Source: an uncultured bacterium (GTDB lineage: Bacteria > Fidelibacterota > Marinisomatia > Marinisomatales > J089). Taken from it: a stretch of 64,000 nucleotides of DNA. Under the pieces are notes generated by a model, which saw only the letters and a program-made list of their open reading frames with translations, made no database searches and was not told the origin of the DNA. The DNA is taken from positions 5,082 to 69,081 of the forward strand of contig CAZHTM010000002.1 of the NCBI GenBank assembly GCA_964535735.1, read 5' to 3'. The stretch's first letter is position 1; every line of letters starts with the position of its first letter. The position numbers and the translations under genes were made by a program. Below are positions 18,133 through 28,628 of this stretch, piece after piece.

Positions 18133-19464
18133 ATGACCTCCGTAACGATTAGCGGATATGGCGATGATTTAACGGTAAACGGTATACGTATTGGCGATCT
18201 ATCTCCATCAGAACATGAAGCGATTGAGAGGGAGAAAGGCGGCCAGAATTATCATCCTCTGGAGAATGTGGTGGTTTCCCATGTGGCCGATTCCGCGTCG
18301 CTGATCTGCCGCAAACCTTCCGACTCCGATGTGCGAAACTATGTGGAAGAGGAATTACTGGACGGACTCAGTTGTTATTCGGCAGTAAATCAGGGCCAGT
18401 TGAATGAAACCATCGTGGCAGCGGTGGTTCACCATTTGACAAAGGAGAAACTACCCACCGTTCCCCGATCCATTCGGCATAAATACATGAGTGCTTTTCT
18501 TTTAGCCGCCACGGCGGTTACGGGCATGGATCGAGTTGTCCCAAAAGTCGCCGGTGTGGAAGCACCCGAACTCATGTTTAAACTGGCACGGCGGTGGGGC
18601 TATGAGCGGAAAGGAATACCGGAAGGGGAAGCCCTGATTGTTGGCGCCAAAGGCAACTTTCATGGACGTTCAATGACGGCGGTCAGTCTTAGTGACGATC
18701 CTACGGCGCGGGAAGGATTCGGTCCTTTTTTACCGGGAATCGAATTGGTTCCCTTTAATGATGTGGATGCCCTGGAAGCCCTGTTCAAAGCAAAGGGTGA
18801 CCGTATCGCCGCCTATCTGGCTGAACCGATTCAAGGGGAAGCAGGTGTCGTAGTACCTGATGAGGGCTATTGGCCACGGGTTGCTCAGCTTTGCCGCGAG
18901 TATAACATTCTTCTGGCTCTGGATGAAGTTCAAACCGGATTTGGACGTACCGGCGCCAATTTTGCTCACCAACTGTATGGGATTAAACCAGACCTTATGG
19001 GATGTGGAAAAGCAGCAGGAGGGGGTATCCTGCCTGTTTCGTTCGTCGCTGGACGAGATGACGTCATCGGTGTGCTAACACCGGGTTCGGAAGGCTCGAC
19101 CTTTGGCGGATATCCATTGGCTTCCGTGGTGGCCGTCTATGCCATCAAAGTCCTGGTGGAGGAAAAATTAGCAGAACAGGCCCGCATTAAAGGGGATCTC
19201 CTCATGGAAGGACTAACACGTGTGGCCCATGAATTTCCCGATAAAATTAAGTCCGTTAGAGGGAAGGGTCTGTTAACCGCTTTTGAGATGTATCCCGATG
19301 ATCGTCTGGATGGCCATGTGGTTTCGTTAAAACTGCTGGATCATGGTATTTACGCCAAAGAGACCCATCGTTCTACGATTAGATTGGCTCCCAGTCTAAC
19401 CATCGACGAACGTAGGATTAACCAAATAGTCGATACCATTAGAACGGTCATTCGGGACTTATAA
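18133..19464 (+). CDS. rocD: Ornithine aminotransferase-like class III PLP enzyme
   Basis: NYHPL, CYSAVNQG, NFHGRS, EPIQGEAGV, DEVQTGFGRTG, GK PLP lysine, GSTFGG, TIRLAP. Confidence 0.75.
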   Translation: MTSVTISGYGDDLTVNGIRIGDLSPSEHEAIEREKGGQNYHPLENVVVSHVADSASLICRKPSDSDVRNYVEEELLDGLSCYSAVNQGQLNETIVAAVVHHLTKEKLPTVPRSIRHKYMSAFLLAATAVTGMDRVVPKVAGVEAPELMFKLARRWGYERKGIPEGEALIVGAKGNFHGRSMTAVSLSDDPTAREGFGPFLPGIELVPFNDVDALEALFKAKGDRIAAYLAEPIQGEAGVVVPDEGYWPRVAQLCREYNILLALDEVQTGFGRTGANFAHQLYGIKPDLMGCGKAAGGGILPVSFVAGRDDVIGVLTPGSEGSTFGGYPLASVVAVYAIKVLVEEKLAEQARIKGDLLMEGLTRVAHEFPDKIKSVRGKGLLTAFEMYPDDRLDGHVVSLKLLDHGIYAKETHRSTIRLAPSLTIDERRINQIVDTIRTVIRDL

Positions 19465-19490
19465 TCATTACTTAAATCGTGGAGTTATCA

Positions 19491-21014
19491 ATGAACATAT
19501 TGGAAAAACTTGGAATAGCCGATGTGAATCCCGGCGCATGCACCGGTCCTAAAGGGTGGTTAAACACAACCACGGAAGGGACCATCGATTCGATCAACCC
19601 AACCACAGGAGAACGGATAGCCTCCGTGAATCTTTGTTCTGTGGAGGATTACGAAAAAGTAGTAGAGGCGTCTTACCTGGCATTCAAAGAATGGCGCAAA
19701 GTCCCGGCTCCCATACGGGGACAGTTGGTGCGGGAGATGGGCAATGCTCTTCGGGAAAACAAAGATGCTTTAGGTAGTTTGGTTACCCTGGAAATGGGAA
19801 AAATTAAAGCAGAAGGCGATGGGGAAGTCCAAGAGATGATCGATATCGCCGACTTCGCGGTGGGACAATCCCGGATGCTATATGGAAAAACGATGCACTC
19901 GGAACGACCGGATCATCGCATGTATGAGCAATACCATCCATTGGGAATTATTGGTGTCATTTCGGCCTTTAATTTTCCTGTCGCTGTGTGGGCTTGGAAC
20001 GCCTTTATCGCCGCTATTGCAGGCGATACGGTGATCTGGAAACCGTCTTCCTCCGTACCCTTGACGGCCATCGCCGTCCAGAATATTTGCAATCAAGTCC
20101 TGGAAGATCATGGCTTTCCGGGAATTTTCAGTCTGGTTATCGGCCGAGGTTCCACCATTGGGGAGCGCTTGATCAGCGATAAACGCATTCCCTTGATTTC
20201 ATTTACGGGATCAACAGCTATGGGGAGACGCGTGAGCGAAGTGGTAGCGCGACGACTGGGCCGCACGATTTTGGAATTGGGCGGCAATAACGCCATAATT
20301 GTAGACGAAACTGCCAATATGGAATTGGTGATTCCTTCCGTAGTGTTCGGCGCTGTGGGTACTGCCGGTCAGCGGTGTACATCAACCCGGCGGGTCATCG
20401 TTCACGAAAGTCGCAAAGACGAACTGGTGGAACGACTGATTCATGCCTATAAGCAAGTCCGCATTGGCGATCCGTTAGACCCGCATACACTGATGGGCCC
20501 GGTAATCAACCAGGGAACGATCGATTTGTATCTTCGGGCACTCGAAATAATTAAACAGGAGGGTGGCGAGATTGTCTACGGCGGCAAGGTCATTGAACGA
20601 GATGGATATTTCGTAGAACCCACAATTGTGATCGGAAAAAACGAGTGGGAAATCGTCCAGGAAGAAACCTTCGCACCCATTCTTTACATTATCCCGTACA
20701 AAGAATTTGACGAAGCTCTGGCGATTCATAATGATGTCCCACAAGGCCTGTCTTCCGCCATGTTCACCACCAATCTCCTCCATGCCGAAGAATTTCTATC
20801 GGCCCGGGGAAGTGACTGCGGTATTGCCAATATCAACATCGGGACATCCGGGGCTGAGATCGGTGGCGCGTTCGGTGGTGAAAAAGACACCGGCGGCGGT
20901 CGCGAATCGGGTTCTGATGCCTGGAAACAATACATGCGCCGTCAGACCAATACTATTAATTGGAGTAGTGAGCTACCACTGGCACAGGGAATTAAATTTG
21001 ACCTGAACGGTTAA
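19491..21014 (+). CDS. pcd: ALDH7-family aldehyde dehydrogenase (piperideine-6-carboxylate/aminoadipate semialdehyde dehydrogenase)
   Basis: FTGST, LELGGNNA, GTAGQRCT, GAEIGGAFGGEKDTGGGRESGSDAWKQYMRR; SD GGAG favours ATG 19491. Confidence 0.85.
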   Translation: MNILEKLGIADVNPGACTGPKGWLNTTTEGTIDSINPTTGERIASVNLCSVEDYEKVVEASYLAFKEWRKVPAPIRGQLVREMGNALRENKDALGSLVTLEMGKIKAEGDGEVQEMIDIADFAVGQSRMLYGKTMHSERPDHRMYEQYHPLGIIGVISAFNFPVAVWAWNAFIAAIAGDTVIWKPSSSVPLTAIAVQNICNQVLEDHGFPGIFSLVIGRGSTIGERLISDKRIPLISFTGSTAMGRRVSEVVARRLGRTILELGGNNAIIVDETANMELVIPSVVFGAVGTAGQRCTSTRRVIVHESRKDELVERLIHAYKQVRIGDPLDPHTLMGPVINQGTIDLYLRALEIIKQEGGEIVYGGKVIERDGYFVEPTIVIGKNEWEIVQEETFAPILYIIPYKEFDEALAIHNDVPQGLSSAMFTTNLLHAEEFLSARGSDCGIANINIGTSGAEIGGAFGGEKDTGGGRESGSDAWKQYMRRQTNTINWSSELPLAQGIKFDLNG

Positions 21015-21037
21015 GTATCAAATTGAAAGGATGATTG

Positions 21038-22357
21038 ATGACTAAAATACCTCCGGCACGCGTTCATGAAACGCTTGGGAAAACAATGCTGGCTGACGGA
21101 CTGGAACCGGTAATCGATCTTGAGAAAAGTCACGGGTCATGGTTAGTGGATGCGGTTACAGGACGGGAATATCTGGATTTATTCTCCATGTTTGCTTCCT
21201 TATCCATTGGCTATAACCATCCCAAAGTTCTGGAACAACGGGATCGCCTGCTCACCGCCGCAATCAACAAACCCACCAATTCAGACATCTATTCCGTTCC
21301 CATGGCCGAATTTGTGGAGACCCTAGCTCAAGTAGCGCAACCTGATTATTTGCCTTACACATTCTTTGTGGAAGGTGGCGCTTTGGCGGTGGAGAACGCA
21401 TTGAAGACTGCCTTCGATTGGAAGGTTCGGAAAAATCTCCAACAGGGGAAACCGGAAAAAGGATCTAAGGTCATTCATTTTAAAGAATGTTTCCACGGCC
21501 GGTCCGGTTATACACTTTCCCTGACGGATTCTCCCGATAAACGGAAAACCGCCTATTTCCCTCGGTTCGATTGGCCACGGATAACCAATCCAAAAATGAT
21601 TTTTCCTCTGAATGACGCCAATTTAGCCACGGTAAAACAAGCTGAGGGCAAAGCTATCGAAGAAATCAAAGCAGCTATTGCCGTGGACCCGGATGATATT
21701 GCCGCCTTGATTATTGAACCGATTCAAGGTGAGGGAGGCGATAATCACTTCCGTCCGGAATTCATGCGGGAATTGCGGTCCCTCGCTGATGAACACGACT
21801 TCCTGTTAATTTACGATGAGGTCCAAAGCGGTATTGGAATTACAGGAAAGATGTGGGCTCATGAACATTTCGGCCCCGATGCGCGGCCTGACATCATTAG
21901 TTTTGGTAAAAAGACCCAAGTCTGTGGAATTTTTGCATCCAAACGATTGGATGAGGTAGACCAGCATGTGTTTAAAGAATCGTCCCGGATTAATTCCACA
22001 TGGGGCGGTAATCTTACAGACATGGTGCGATTTACCATCTATCTGGAGATTATCCAGGAAGAAAACCTGGTAAAACAGGCGGCGGATAACGGAGCCTATC
22101 TCATGGATCGGTTGAACGACGTAAGAAACTCATTCCCGGAATTGATCAGCAATGTACGCGGAAAGGGACTCATGTGTGCCTTTGATCTTCCCGATGGAGA
22201 GACGCGGGATCGGCTGGTGAATGGTATGATGGATGAGGGCGCTCTGATTCTTGGCTGCGGGTTTACCTCTGTTCGTTTCCGCCCCCATCTGAACATCTCT
22301 CGAGAGGAGATTGATCAGGGAATCGCCATATTGGAGAAGGCCTTAAACTCTCTGTGA
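21038..22357 (+). CDS. lat: L-lysine 6-aminotransferase
   Basis: FVEGGALAVENALKTAFDWK, FHGRSGYTLSLT, EPIQGEGGD, FGKK, NSTWGGN. Confidence 0.9.
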   Translation: MTKIPPARVHETLGKTMLADGLEPVIDLEKSHGSWLVDAVTGREYLDLFSMFASLSIGYNHPKVLEQRDRLLTAAINKPTNSDIYSVPMAEFVETLAQVAQPDYLPYTFFVEGGALAVENALKTAFDWKVRKNLQQGKPEKGSKVIHFKECFHGRSGYTLSLTDSPDKRKTAYFPRFDWPRITNPKMIFPLNDANLATVKQAEGKAIEEIKAAIAVDPDDIAALIIEPIQGEGGDNHFRPEFMRELRSLADEHDFLLIYDEVQSGIGITGKMWAHEHFGPDARPDIISFGKKTQVCGIFASKRLDEVDQHVFKESSRINSTWGGNLTDMVRFTIYLEIIQEENLVKQAADNGAYLMDRLNDVRNSFPELISNVRGKGLMCAFDLPDGETRDRLVNGMMDEGALILGCGFTSVRFRPHLNISREEIDQGIAILEKALNSL

Positions 22358-23049
22358 GTGAATCTGCAGGCAAAGCCTATATTGTGGCCACCCCGATAGG
22401 AAATTTGGGGGACATTTCCTATCGGGCCGTGGACATCCTGAAATCGGTGCCCCTCATTGCGGCTGAGGATACGCGCCACACGCGAAAGCTGTTGAATCAT
22501 TATTCAATCACAACACCTTGTCTCAGTTATTTTGAGCACAACCGCTTTACCCGAATTCCCCAGATCGTTAACCACCTTTTGTCCGGAAAAGATATCGCAG
22601 TGGTAACCGATGCCGGAACGCCGGGAATATCCGATCCGGCTTACAAACTCATCCGTGCCGTAATTCAGGAGAATATTCGCGTGGAAGTGATTCCCGGCCC
22701 CACAGCGGTGATTACGGCCTTGGTTACATCGGGGTTGCCCACGGATCGGTTTTTATTCGAGGGATTTTTGCCGCCCAAAAAAGGTCGGCGGAGTCGGATA
22801 CAAATGCTGAAAAATGTTCCGGCCACGGTCGTCATTTACGAAAGTCCCCGTCGGTTGTCCAAAACATTGAAGGACTTGGCGGCAACCCTTGGCGATCGAC
22901 CGGCGGTCGTCTGCCGGGAACTCACAAAAGTCCACGAGGAAATAGCCCGGGGAACATTGTTAACCTTGGGCGCCGTGTTTGAAGAACGTCAGCCTCGTGG
23001 AGAATGTGTCATTCTCGTGGGAAAGGATGATCCCCATGTCTATTTCTAA
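22354..23049 (+). CDS. rsmI: 16S rRNA C1402 2'-O-methyltransferase
   Basis: YIVATPIGNLGDI, AAEDTR, DAGTPGISDPAY, YESPRR, CRELTKVHEE. Confidence 0.95.
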   Translation: MSESAGKAYIVATPIGNLGDISYRAVDILKSVPLIAAEDTRHTRKLLNHYSITTPCLSYFEHNRFTRIPQIVNHLLSGKDIAVVTDAGTPGISDPAYKLIRAVIQENIRVEVIPGPTAVITALVTSGLPTDRFLFEGFLPPKKGRRSRIQMLKNVPATVVIYESPRRLSKTLKDLAATLGDRPAVVCRELTKVHEEIARGTLLTLGAVFEERQPRGECVILVGKDDPHVYF

Positions 23050-23668
23050 ACGCGGAACCTTCATTACATTTGAGGGGATTGATGGCTGTGGAAAATCCAC
23101 ACAAGTACAATTATTGCGTGAGAAGCTGGAATCCAATCACATTTCCGTTGAATGTGTGCGGGAACCTGGCGGAACCGATACATCGGAAGCGATTCGCAAC
23201 ATTCTTTTGCACCGACAGGATCTGAAACTCACTGAACGTACCGAAGCCCTCCTCATGTGCGCCGCCCGGGCCCAACTGACCCGCCAGAAAATTCTTCCCT
23301 GGCTGGAAGCGGGAACTTGGGTTATCTCCGATCGTTATTCCGATTCTACGCTGGCGTATCAAGGCGCAGGACGAGGGTTGGATCTGGATTGGCTGATTCA
23401 GTTAAATCAATTTGCAACCTACGAAACAGAACCAGACGTAACCTTCTTTGTGGATATTGATCCCTTGGAAGGACAACAGCGAAGGGGAGGAGCAACACCA
23501 GATAAGATCGAAGCCGAAGGCATCGAATTTCAAAAACGTGTGCGCGAACGGTATCATCATTTGGCAACACGCTTTCATCACCGCTTTGTCACCCTGGATG
23601 GATCAGAATCCATAGAACGCATTCACCAAAACATTATGAACGAATTAACCCAACGATCGCTCCTATGA
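23036..23668 (+). CDS. tmk: Thymidylate kinase
   Basis: FITFEGIDGCGKST, REPGG, SDRYSDS..AYQG; start taken at MSISK. Confidence 0.95.
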   Translation: MSISKRGTFITFEGIDGCGKSTQVQLLREKLESNHISVECVREPGGTDTSEAIRNILLHRQDLKLTERTEALLMCAARAQLTRQKILPWLEAGTWVISDRYSDSTLAYQGAGRGLDLDWLIQLNQFATYETEPDVTFFVDIDPLEGQQRRGGATPDKIEAEGIEFQKRVRERYHHLATRFHHRFVTLDGSESIERIHQNIMNELTQRSLL

Positions 23669-25317
23669 AAATGATATTCAAAACACGGCGATGGGTAGTC
23701 CTCAGTTTCGTGGTTCTTTTTGTCAGTCTCCTGGCAGTGGGAGCAAGTAAATCGGAACTATTGCGGCAAATCGCCCGATCACAAAAACGCTTTAACGATG
23801 TCTATAAATATATTCTCATGAATTATGTGGATGAGATTGACATCGAGGAATTTACTCGGGAAAGTATTCACGACCTGGTTGAGAAAATGGATCCCTACAC
23901 CGTGTATTTGGAAGAAGATGAGCAGGAGGGATTAAAACTGCTCACCAACGGATCCTATGGAGGCGTTGGTATTCAGATTGGGAAGCAAAATGACGAACTG
24001 ACGGTCATTGCTCCCATGGAAGATTCTCCGGCGCTCCGTGCAGGAATCATCAGTGGAGACATCATTACCAACATTGATACCATTGCCACAAAAGATATGA
24101 GCCTCCATAAGGCGTCAACCTTGATTCGGGGACCCAAAGGAACCAAGGTCATTCTTACCATCAAACGATTTGGTGCTGACACTCCGCTTGAATTCGTTTT
24201 GACACGGGAAGAAATCAAAGTCAAAGATGTGGCCTTTGCGGAGACAATTGCGCCGGGAATCGGATATATCCGTCTTACGCGGTTTTCGCGAAACGCTCCC
24301 GAAGAAATGAAATCCGCTCTCCAGGATTTGCTGAGTCACAACATAAATGCAGTTATTCTGGATTTAAGGGATAATCCCGGTGGACTTTTAAACTCCGCTG
24401 TCGAAATCTTGGATTTATTCATCCCAAAGGGAGAGACATTGTTATCTACCCGGGGACGAACACGCTCATCGAACCGTACATATCAGTCCAAATCGGAACC
24501 GCTGGTACCTGAGGAGGTGAAGGTGGCGGTCCTAATTAACGGCGGCAGCGCTTCGGCTAGCGAAATTGTGGCCGGGGCGATTCAGGACCTGGATCGGGGC
24601 GTGATCATTGGCAAGTCAAGTTTTGGGAAAGGACTGGTTCAATCGGTCATTGATGTCGATGCCAAAAGTGCATTGAAAATAACAACGGCAAAATATTACA
24701 TCCCCAGTGGTCGTTTGATTCAGAAACCCGGTTATGTGGATAAGGAGCTTATCGTATCCTCAGCATCCATGGATTCACTATTTTTCACCAATCATGGCCG
24801 ACCCGTAAAGGGTGGAGGTGGAATTCATCCCGATCAGGAAGTGGAAGGGAAGAGCCTCCCAATTCTCACTCAGACAGTTTGGAGACAGGGATTATTCTTT
24901 GATTACGTACTGGAAAACCGTGGCCATTATGCCAATCTGCAGGAAGTCGTGGAGGACTCAACCTTGTTTGATTCCTTCCAGGCATTTCTCAGGGCATCCG
25001 ATCTGGATATTCAACTGTCAGGTGAAAATGAATTCGAAAAGGGATTGGACAAATTGCTTGAAGATGAAGCGTTATCTCCTGAATTAACAAGACTTAAGGA
25101 GCAGGTAGAAGAAACCATTCATCAGCGGGAATCCAAGCTATTTCAGGAAGAAAGAACGGAGTTATTGTATAGTTTAATTCAGGAATTTGCCCGACAAATG
25201 GAAGGCACCAAGGGAAGGATTCGAATAAGTCTGGATAAAGATCCGGTAGTAAGCCGAGCCGTTGAAACTTTGAGAGATACCCAAGCCTATAGCGATTACC
25301 TGGCGTGGAAGAATTAA
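23665..25317 (+). CDS. S41 family C-terminal processing peptidase
   Basis: PDZ (GVGIQI), DLRDNPGG, SASASEIVAGAIQD, SFGKGLVQ. Confidence 0.93.
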   Translation: MKMIFKTRRWVVLSFVVLFVSLLAVGASKSELLRQIARSQKRFNDVYKYILMNYVDEIDIEEFTRESIHDLVEKMDPYTVYLEEDEQEGLKLLTNGSYGGVGIQIGKQNDELTVIAPMEDSPALRAGIISGDIITNIDTIATKDMSLHKASTLIRGPKGTKVILTIKRFGADTPLEFVLTREEIKVKDVAFAETIAPGIGYIRLTRFSRNAPEEMKSALQDLLSHNINAVILDLRDNPGGLLNSAVEILDLFIPKGETLLSTRGRTRSSNRTYQSKSEPLVPEEVKVAVLINGGSASASEIVAGAIQDLDRGVIIGKSSFGKGLVQSVIDVDAKSALKITTAKYYIPSGRLIQKPGYVDKELIVSSASMDSLFFTNHGRPVKGGGGIHPDQEVEGKSLPILTQTVWRQGLFFDYVLENRGHYANLQEVVEDSTLFDSFQAFLRASDLDIQLSGENEFEKGLDKLLEDEALSPELTRLKEQVEETIHQRESKLFQEERTELLYSLIQEFARQMEGTKGRIRISLDKDPVVSRAVETLRDTQAYSDYLAWKN

Positions 25318-25404
25318 GCTGGATAATCAAAAATGATTCGAATTCTTTCTCTGTAAATCACCATTTCTATTATTAAATTCCACGGCTTTTTTAGGAATGT
25401 TCTT

Positions 25405-25478
<74 letters not shown>

Positions 25479-25609
25479 CAGCTCTATTTTTTTAGATGAT
25501 GTACTTCAGATTGAACACCCGAATCTGTTCTTCAGCGCTTGGTTCAAAAGCGTCCCGGGATATCTCGTTCCAATTTTGCTTTTAATTTGTCATCGCACCA
25601 CCCACACCC

Positions 25610-27577
25610 ATGAAAACCATCTCAGTCACCTTTCCGGATAAGTCCCACCGCACCTATTCCGTAGGAATTACACCGTTGGAGATTGCGGAATCCATCGGAC
25701 CCCGTTTGGCACAATCGGCCATTGCTGCTGAGGTGAATGGCACCTTGCGGGATTTAACCTACCCCCTGAACGAGGACAGTGACGTAACTATCCTCACGGG
25801 CGATACACCTCAGGGACACGAAGTCCTTTTGCACAGCACCGCCCATCTCATGGCCCAGGCAGTGAAAGATTTATTCCCGGATGCGAAGGTGACCATTGGT
25901 CCCGCCATTGAAAACCGGTTTTATTATGATTTCGATATTGACGGGACGTTTTCCGAGGATGACTTGCGAAAAATTGAAGCCCGAATGAAGGAATTGGCCA
26001 AGCAAAAATTACCCGTGGCCCGAAAAGAATTATCCCGGCAGGAAGCCATAAAATTGTTCTCTGACATGAATGAAACCTACAAGGTGGAAATTCTGGAGGA
26101 CATTCCAGAGGACGAAACCATTTCGGCTTATGAGCAGGGCGATTTCATTGATTTATGCCGTGGTCCTCACGTTCCCAATACGGGACGAATAAAGTATTTT
26201 AAACTGCTCGATTCTTCCGGCGCCTATTGGCGTGGTGATGAAAAAAACAAAATGCTTCAACGCATTTATGGCACCGTATTTCCCACTAAACAGGGGTTAA
26301 AGGATTACTTACATCATCTGGAAGAAGTCAAGAAACGGGACCATCGAAAACTGGGGAAAGAACTAGAACTTTTCACGTTTGACGATGAAGTGGGTCCCGG
26401 CTTACCTCTTTGGCTACCTAACGGTACGATCCTTGTGGAAGAGTTGGAAACCCTGGCGAAGGAAACAGAGCGCAAAGCGGGATATGTGCGGGTGCGTACA
26501 CCTCATCTCACCAAAGGGAAACTTTACGAACGATCCGGGCACCTGGAACATTATAAGGACAGTATGTACCCGGCCATGGACGTGGATGGGATTGACTACT
26601 ATGTTAAGCCCATGAACTGCCCCCACCATCATAAAATTTATGCGTCCTTACCGCGAAGTTACCGGGATTTACCTCTTCGACTGGCGGAGTATGGGACCTG
26701 TTATCGCTATGAAAAATCGGGACAATTGTTTGGACTCATGCGCGTTCGCAGCATGCAAATGAACGATGCCCACATTTATTGTACACACGACCAGTTCAAA
26801 CAAGAATTTTTGAATGTGTGTAATATGTATCTCTATTATTTCGATATTTTTGGCATCGAAAAATATGAGATGCGGCTTAGTTTACATGACCCTGCGGACC
26901 TGGGAGGGAAATATATTGATGCGCCGGAATTATGGTTGCAGACTGAGCGGGCAGTCCGGGAAGCCCTCCAGGAAGGTGGATTGAACTACACGGAAATTCC
27001 CGGGGAAGCGGCTTTTTATGGTCCGAAAATTGATGTCCAAGTATGGAGTGCCATTGGACGGGAGTTTACGCTCGCCACCAATCAGGTTGATTTCGCTATA
27101 CCTGAACGGTTCGGTTTGACCTATACCGATGAAACCGGCCAGGAGCGGACGCCCTTATGCATTCATCGGGCTCCCTTGGGTACGCATGAGCGTTTCATCG
27201 GTTTTCTGATTGAACATTATGGCGGCGATTTTCCCCTGTGGCTGGCTCCGATTCAAGTCGCGGTACTCCCGGTATCGGAGAAATCAGCGGACTATGCACA
27301 GAACATTCAATCGCTATTAAATGATGAAAATATTCGGGTCCACCTGGATACCCGACCAGATAAAATCGGGGCTAAAATACGGCAGGCGGAATTGAAACGA
27401 ATTCCAGTCATGCTTATCATCGGAGAACGGGAAGCCCAAAACCAGACTGTATCGCTGCGACGACGCTTTGAGGGCGATTTAGGTTCAGTACCTGTTGCAG
27501 ATTTGATACCCCGTTTAGTTGAAGAAATCAAACAAAGGAGACACCCTCATCGCAAAGTTAGAACAATCGCGAATTAA
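25610..27577 (+). CDS. thrS: Threonine--tRNA ligase
   Basis: TGS domain, HSTAHLMAQA, DLCRGPH, KPMNCPHH, GEAAFYGPK. Confidence 0.97.
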   Translation: MKTISVTFPDKSHRTYSVGITPLEIAESIGPRLAQSAIAAEVNGTLRDLTYPLNEDSDVTILTGDTPQGHEVLLHSTAHLMAQAVKDLFPDAKVTIGPAIENRFYYDFDIDGTFSEDDLRKIEARMKELAKQKLPVARKELSRQEAIKLFSDMNETYKVEILEDIPEDETISAYEQGDFIDLCRGPHVPNTGRIKYFKLLDSSGAYWRGDEKNKMLQRIYGTVFPTKQGLKDYLHHLEEVKKRDHRKLGKELELFTFDDEVGPGLPLWLPNGTILVEELETLAKETERKAGYVRVRTPHLTKGKLYERSGHLEHYKDSMYPAMDVDGIDYYVKPMNCPHHHKIYASLPRSYRDLPLRLAEYGTCYRYEKSGQLFGLMRVRSMQMNDAHIYCTHDQFKQEFLNVCNMYLYYFDIFGIEKYEMRLSLHDPADLGGKYIDAPELWLQTERAVREALQEGGLNYTEIPGEAAFYGPKIDVQVWSAIGREFTLATNQVDFAIPERFGLTYTDETGQERTPLCIHRAPLGTHERFIGFLIEHYGGDFPLWLAPIQVAVLPVSEKSADYAQNIQSLLNDENIRVHLDTRPDKIGAKIRQAELKRIPVMLIIGEREAQNQTVSLRRRFEGDLGSVPVADLIPRLVEEIKQRRHPHRKVRTIAN

Positions 27578-28061
27578 TGAAGAAATTCAGGCGAAGGAAG
27601 TTCGTCTGATCAGTATGGACGGTGAACAATTAGGCATCGTCAGCATTGAAGAAGCTCTTTCAAAAGCTAGAGAATACAATTTGGATCTGATCGAAGTGGC
27701 GCCCAATGCTAAACCTCCCGTTTGTCGTATTTTGGATTACGGCAAATTGAAATATGAGGAAAAAAAGAAGGCCCAGCTCAGTAAAAAGAAGCAGCATGTT
27801 ATAAAAATTAAAGAAGTGCGCTTACGTCCCCATATTGACGATCATGATCTGGAAACCAAGTTATCCATGGGGAAAAAATTTCTTAAAGATGGATGTAAGT
27901 TGAAAGTCACAATTCGCTTTCGGGGCCGTGAAATGACCCGGTTGGATCTGGGTGAAGCGGTTCTGAGTCGCGTTGAGGAACTCCTGAGTGATGTAGCCGT
28001 TGTAGAAAAGCGGAATCCACTGGAGGGCCGTCAAATGCACGTGATTTTCACCAGTAAATAG
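27549..28061 (+). CDS. infC: Translation initiation factor IF-3 (probable ATC start)
   Basis: RINEEI.AKEVRLI, PVCRILDYGK, KEVRLRP; SD AAGGAG 8 nt before ATC 27549. Confidence 0.93.
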   Translation: MAKLEQSRINEEIQAKEVRLISMDGEQLGIVSIEEALSKAREYNLDLIEVAPNAKPPVCRILDYGKLKYEEKKKAQLSKKKQHVIKIKEVRLRPHIDDHDLETKLSMGKKFLKDGCKLKVTIRFRGREMTRLDLGEAVLSRVEELLSDVAVVEKRNPLEGRQMHVIFTSK

Positions 28062-28073
28062 GAGAAAACAGGT

Positions 28074-28268
28074 ATGCCTAAAATGAAAACCCGTCGCAGT
28101 GCCGCGAAGCGATTCAAACTCACCGGGACGGGGAAACTAAAACGGAACAAAGCAAACCATAGACACATGCTTATCCGGCGACCAAAGACAGCCAAGCGGA
28201 AAATGCGGCAATCAACGATTGTGGCCCCCGCGGAAGCCAAACGGGTCCGGCGGATGCTTGGTGAATAA
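28074..28268 (+). CDS. rpmI: 50S ribosomal protein L35
   Basis: [21 protein letters not shown]. Confidence 0.96.
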   Translation: MPKMKTRRSAAKRFKLTGTGKLKRNKANHRHMLIRRPKTAKRKMRQSTIVAPAEAKRVRRMLGE

Positions 28269-28279
28269 GGAGTCTTGCC

Positions 28280-28627
28280 ATGCCAAGAGCCAATAGTTCA
28301 GTTCCGCGACATAGACGGCATCGGAAAATCGTAAAGCAGGCCAAGGGCTACTATGGTGCCCGGAGCCGCAATTTTAAGACTGCAAAAGATGCAGTCATAA
28401 AAGCAGGTGTTTATGCCTATCGGGATCGCCGCCAGAAGAAACGTCAGTTTCGGCGCTTGTGGATATCCCGCATAAATGCTGCGGCCCGGCTTCATGGAAT
28501 GTCTTATTCTGCTTTTATCGCTGGTCTCAAAGCCAAAGAGATTGATCTCAATCGGAAGGTTCTCGCCCATTTGGCAGTGCATGAACCTCAGGCTTTCGAA
28601 GAACTGGTGAAAACGATCCAGAGCTAA
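28280..28627 (+). CDS. rplT: 50S ribosomal protein L20
   Basis: [33 protein letters not shown]. Confidence 0.97.
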   Translation: MPRANSSVPRHRRHRKIVKQAKGYYGARSRNFKTAKDAVIKAGVYAYRDRRQKKRQFRRLWISRINAAARLHGMSYSAFIAGLKAKEIDLNRKVLAHLAVHEPQAFEELVKTIQS

Positions 28628-28628
28628 T

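Noticed and set aside
25480-25609. thrS translational operator or T-box
   Set aside because: Small hairpins exist (CAGATT/AATCTG), but I saw no T-box consensus or anticodon mimic loop
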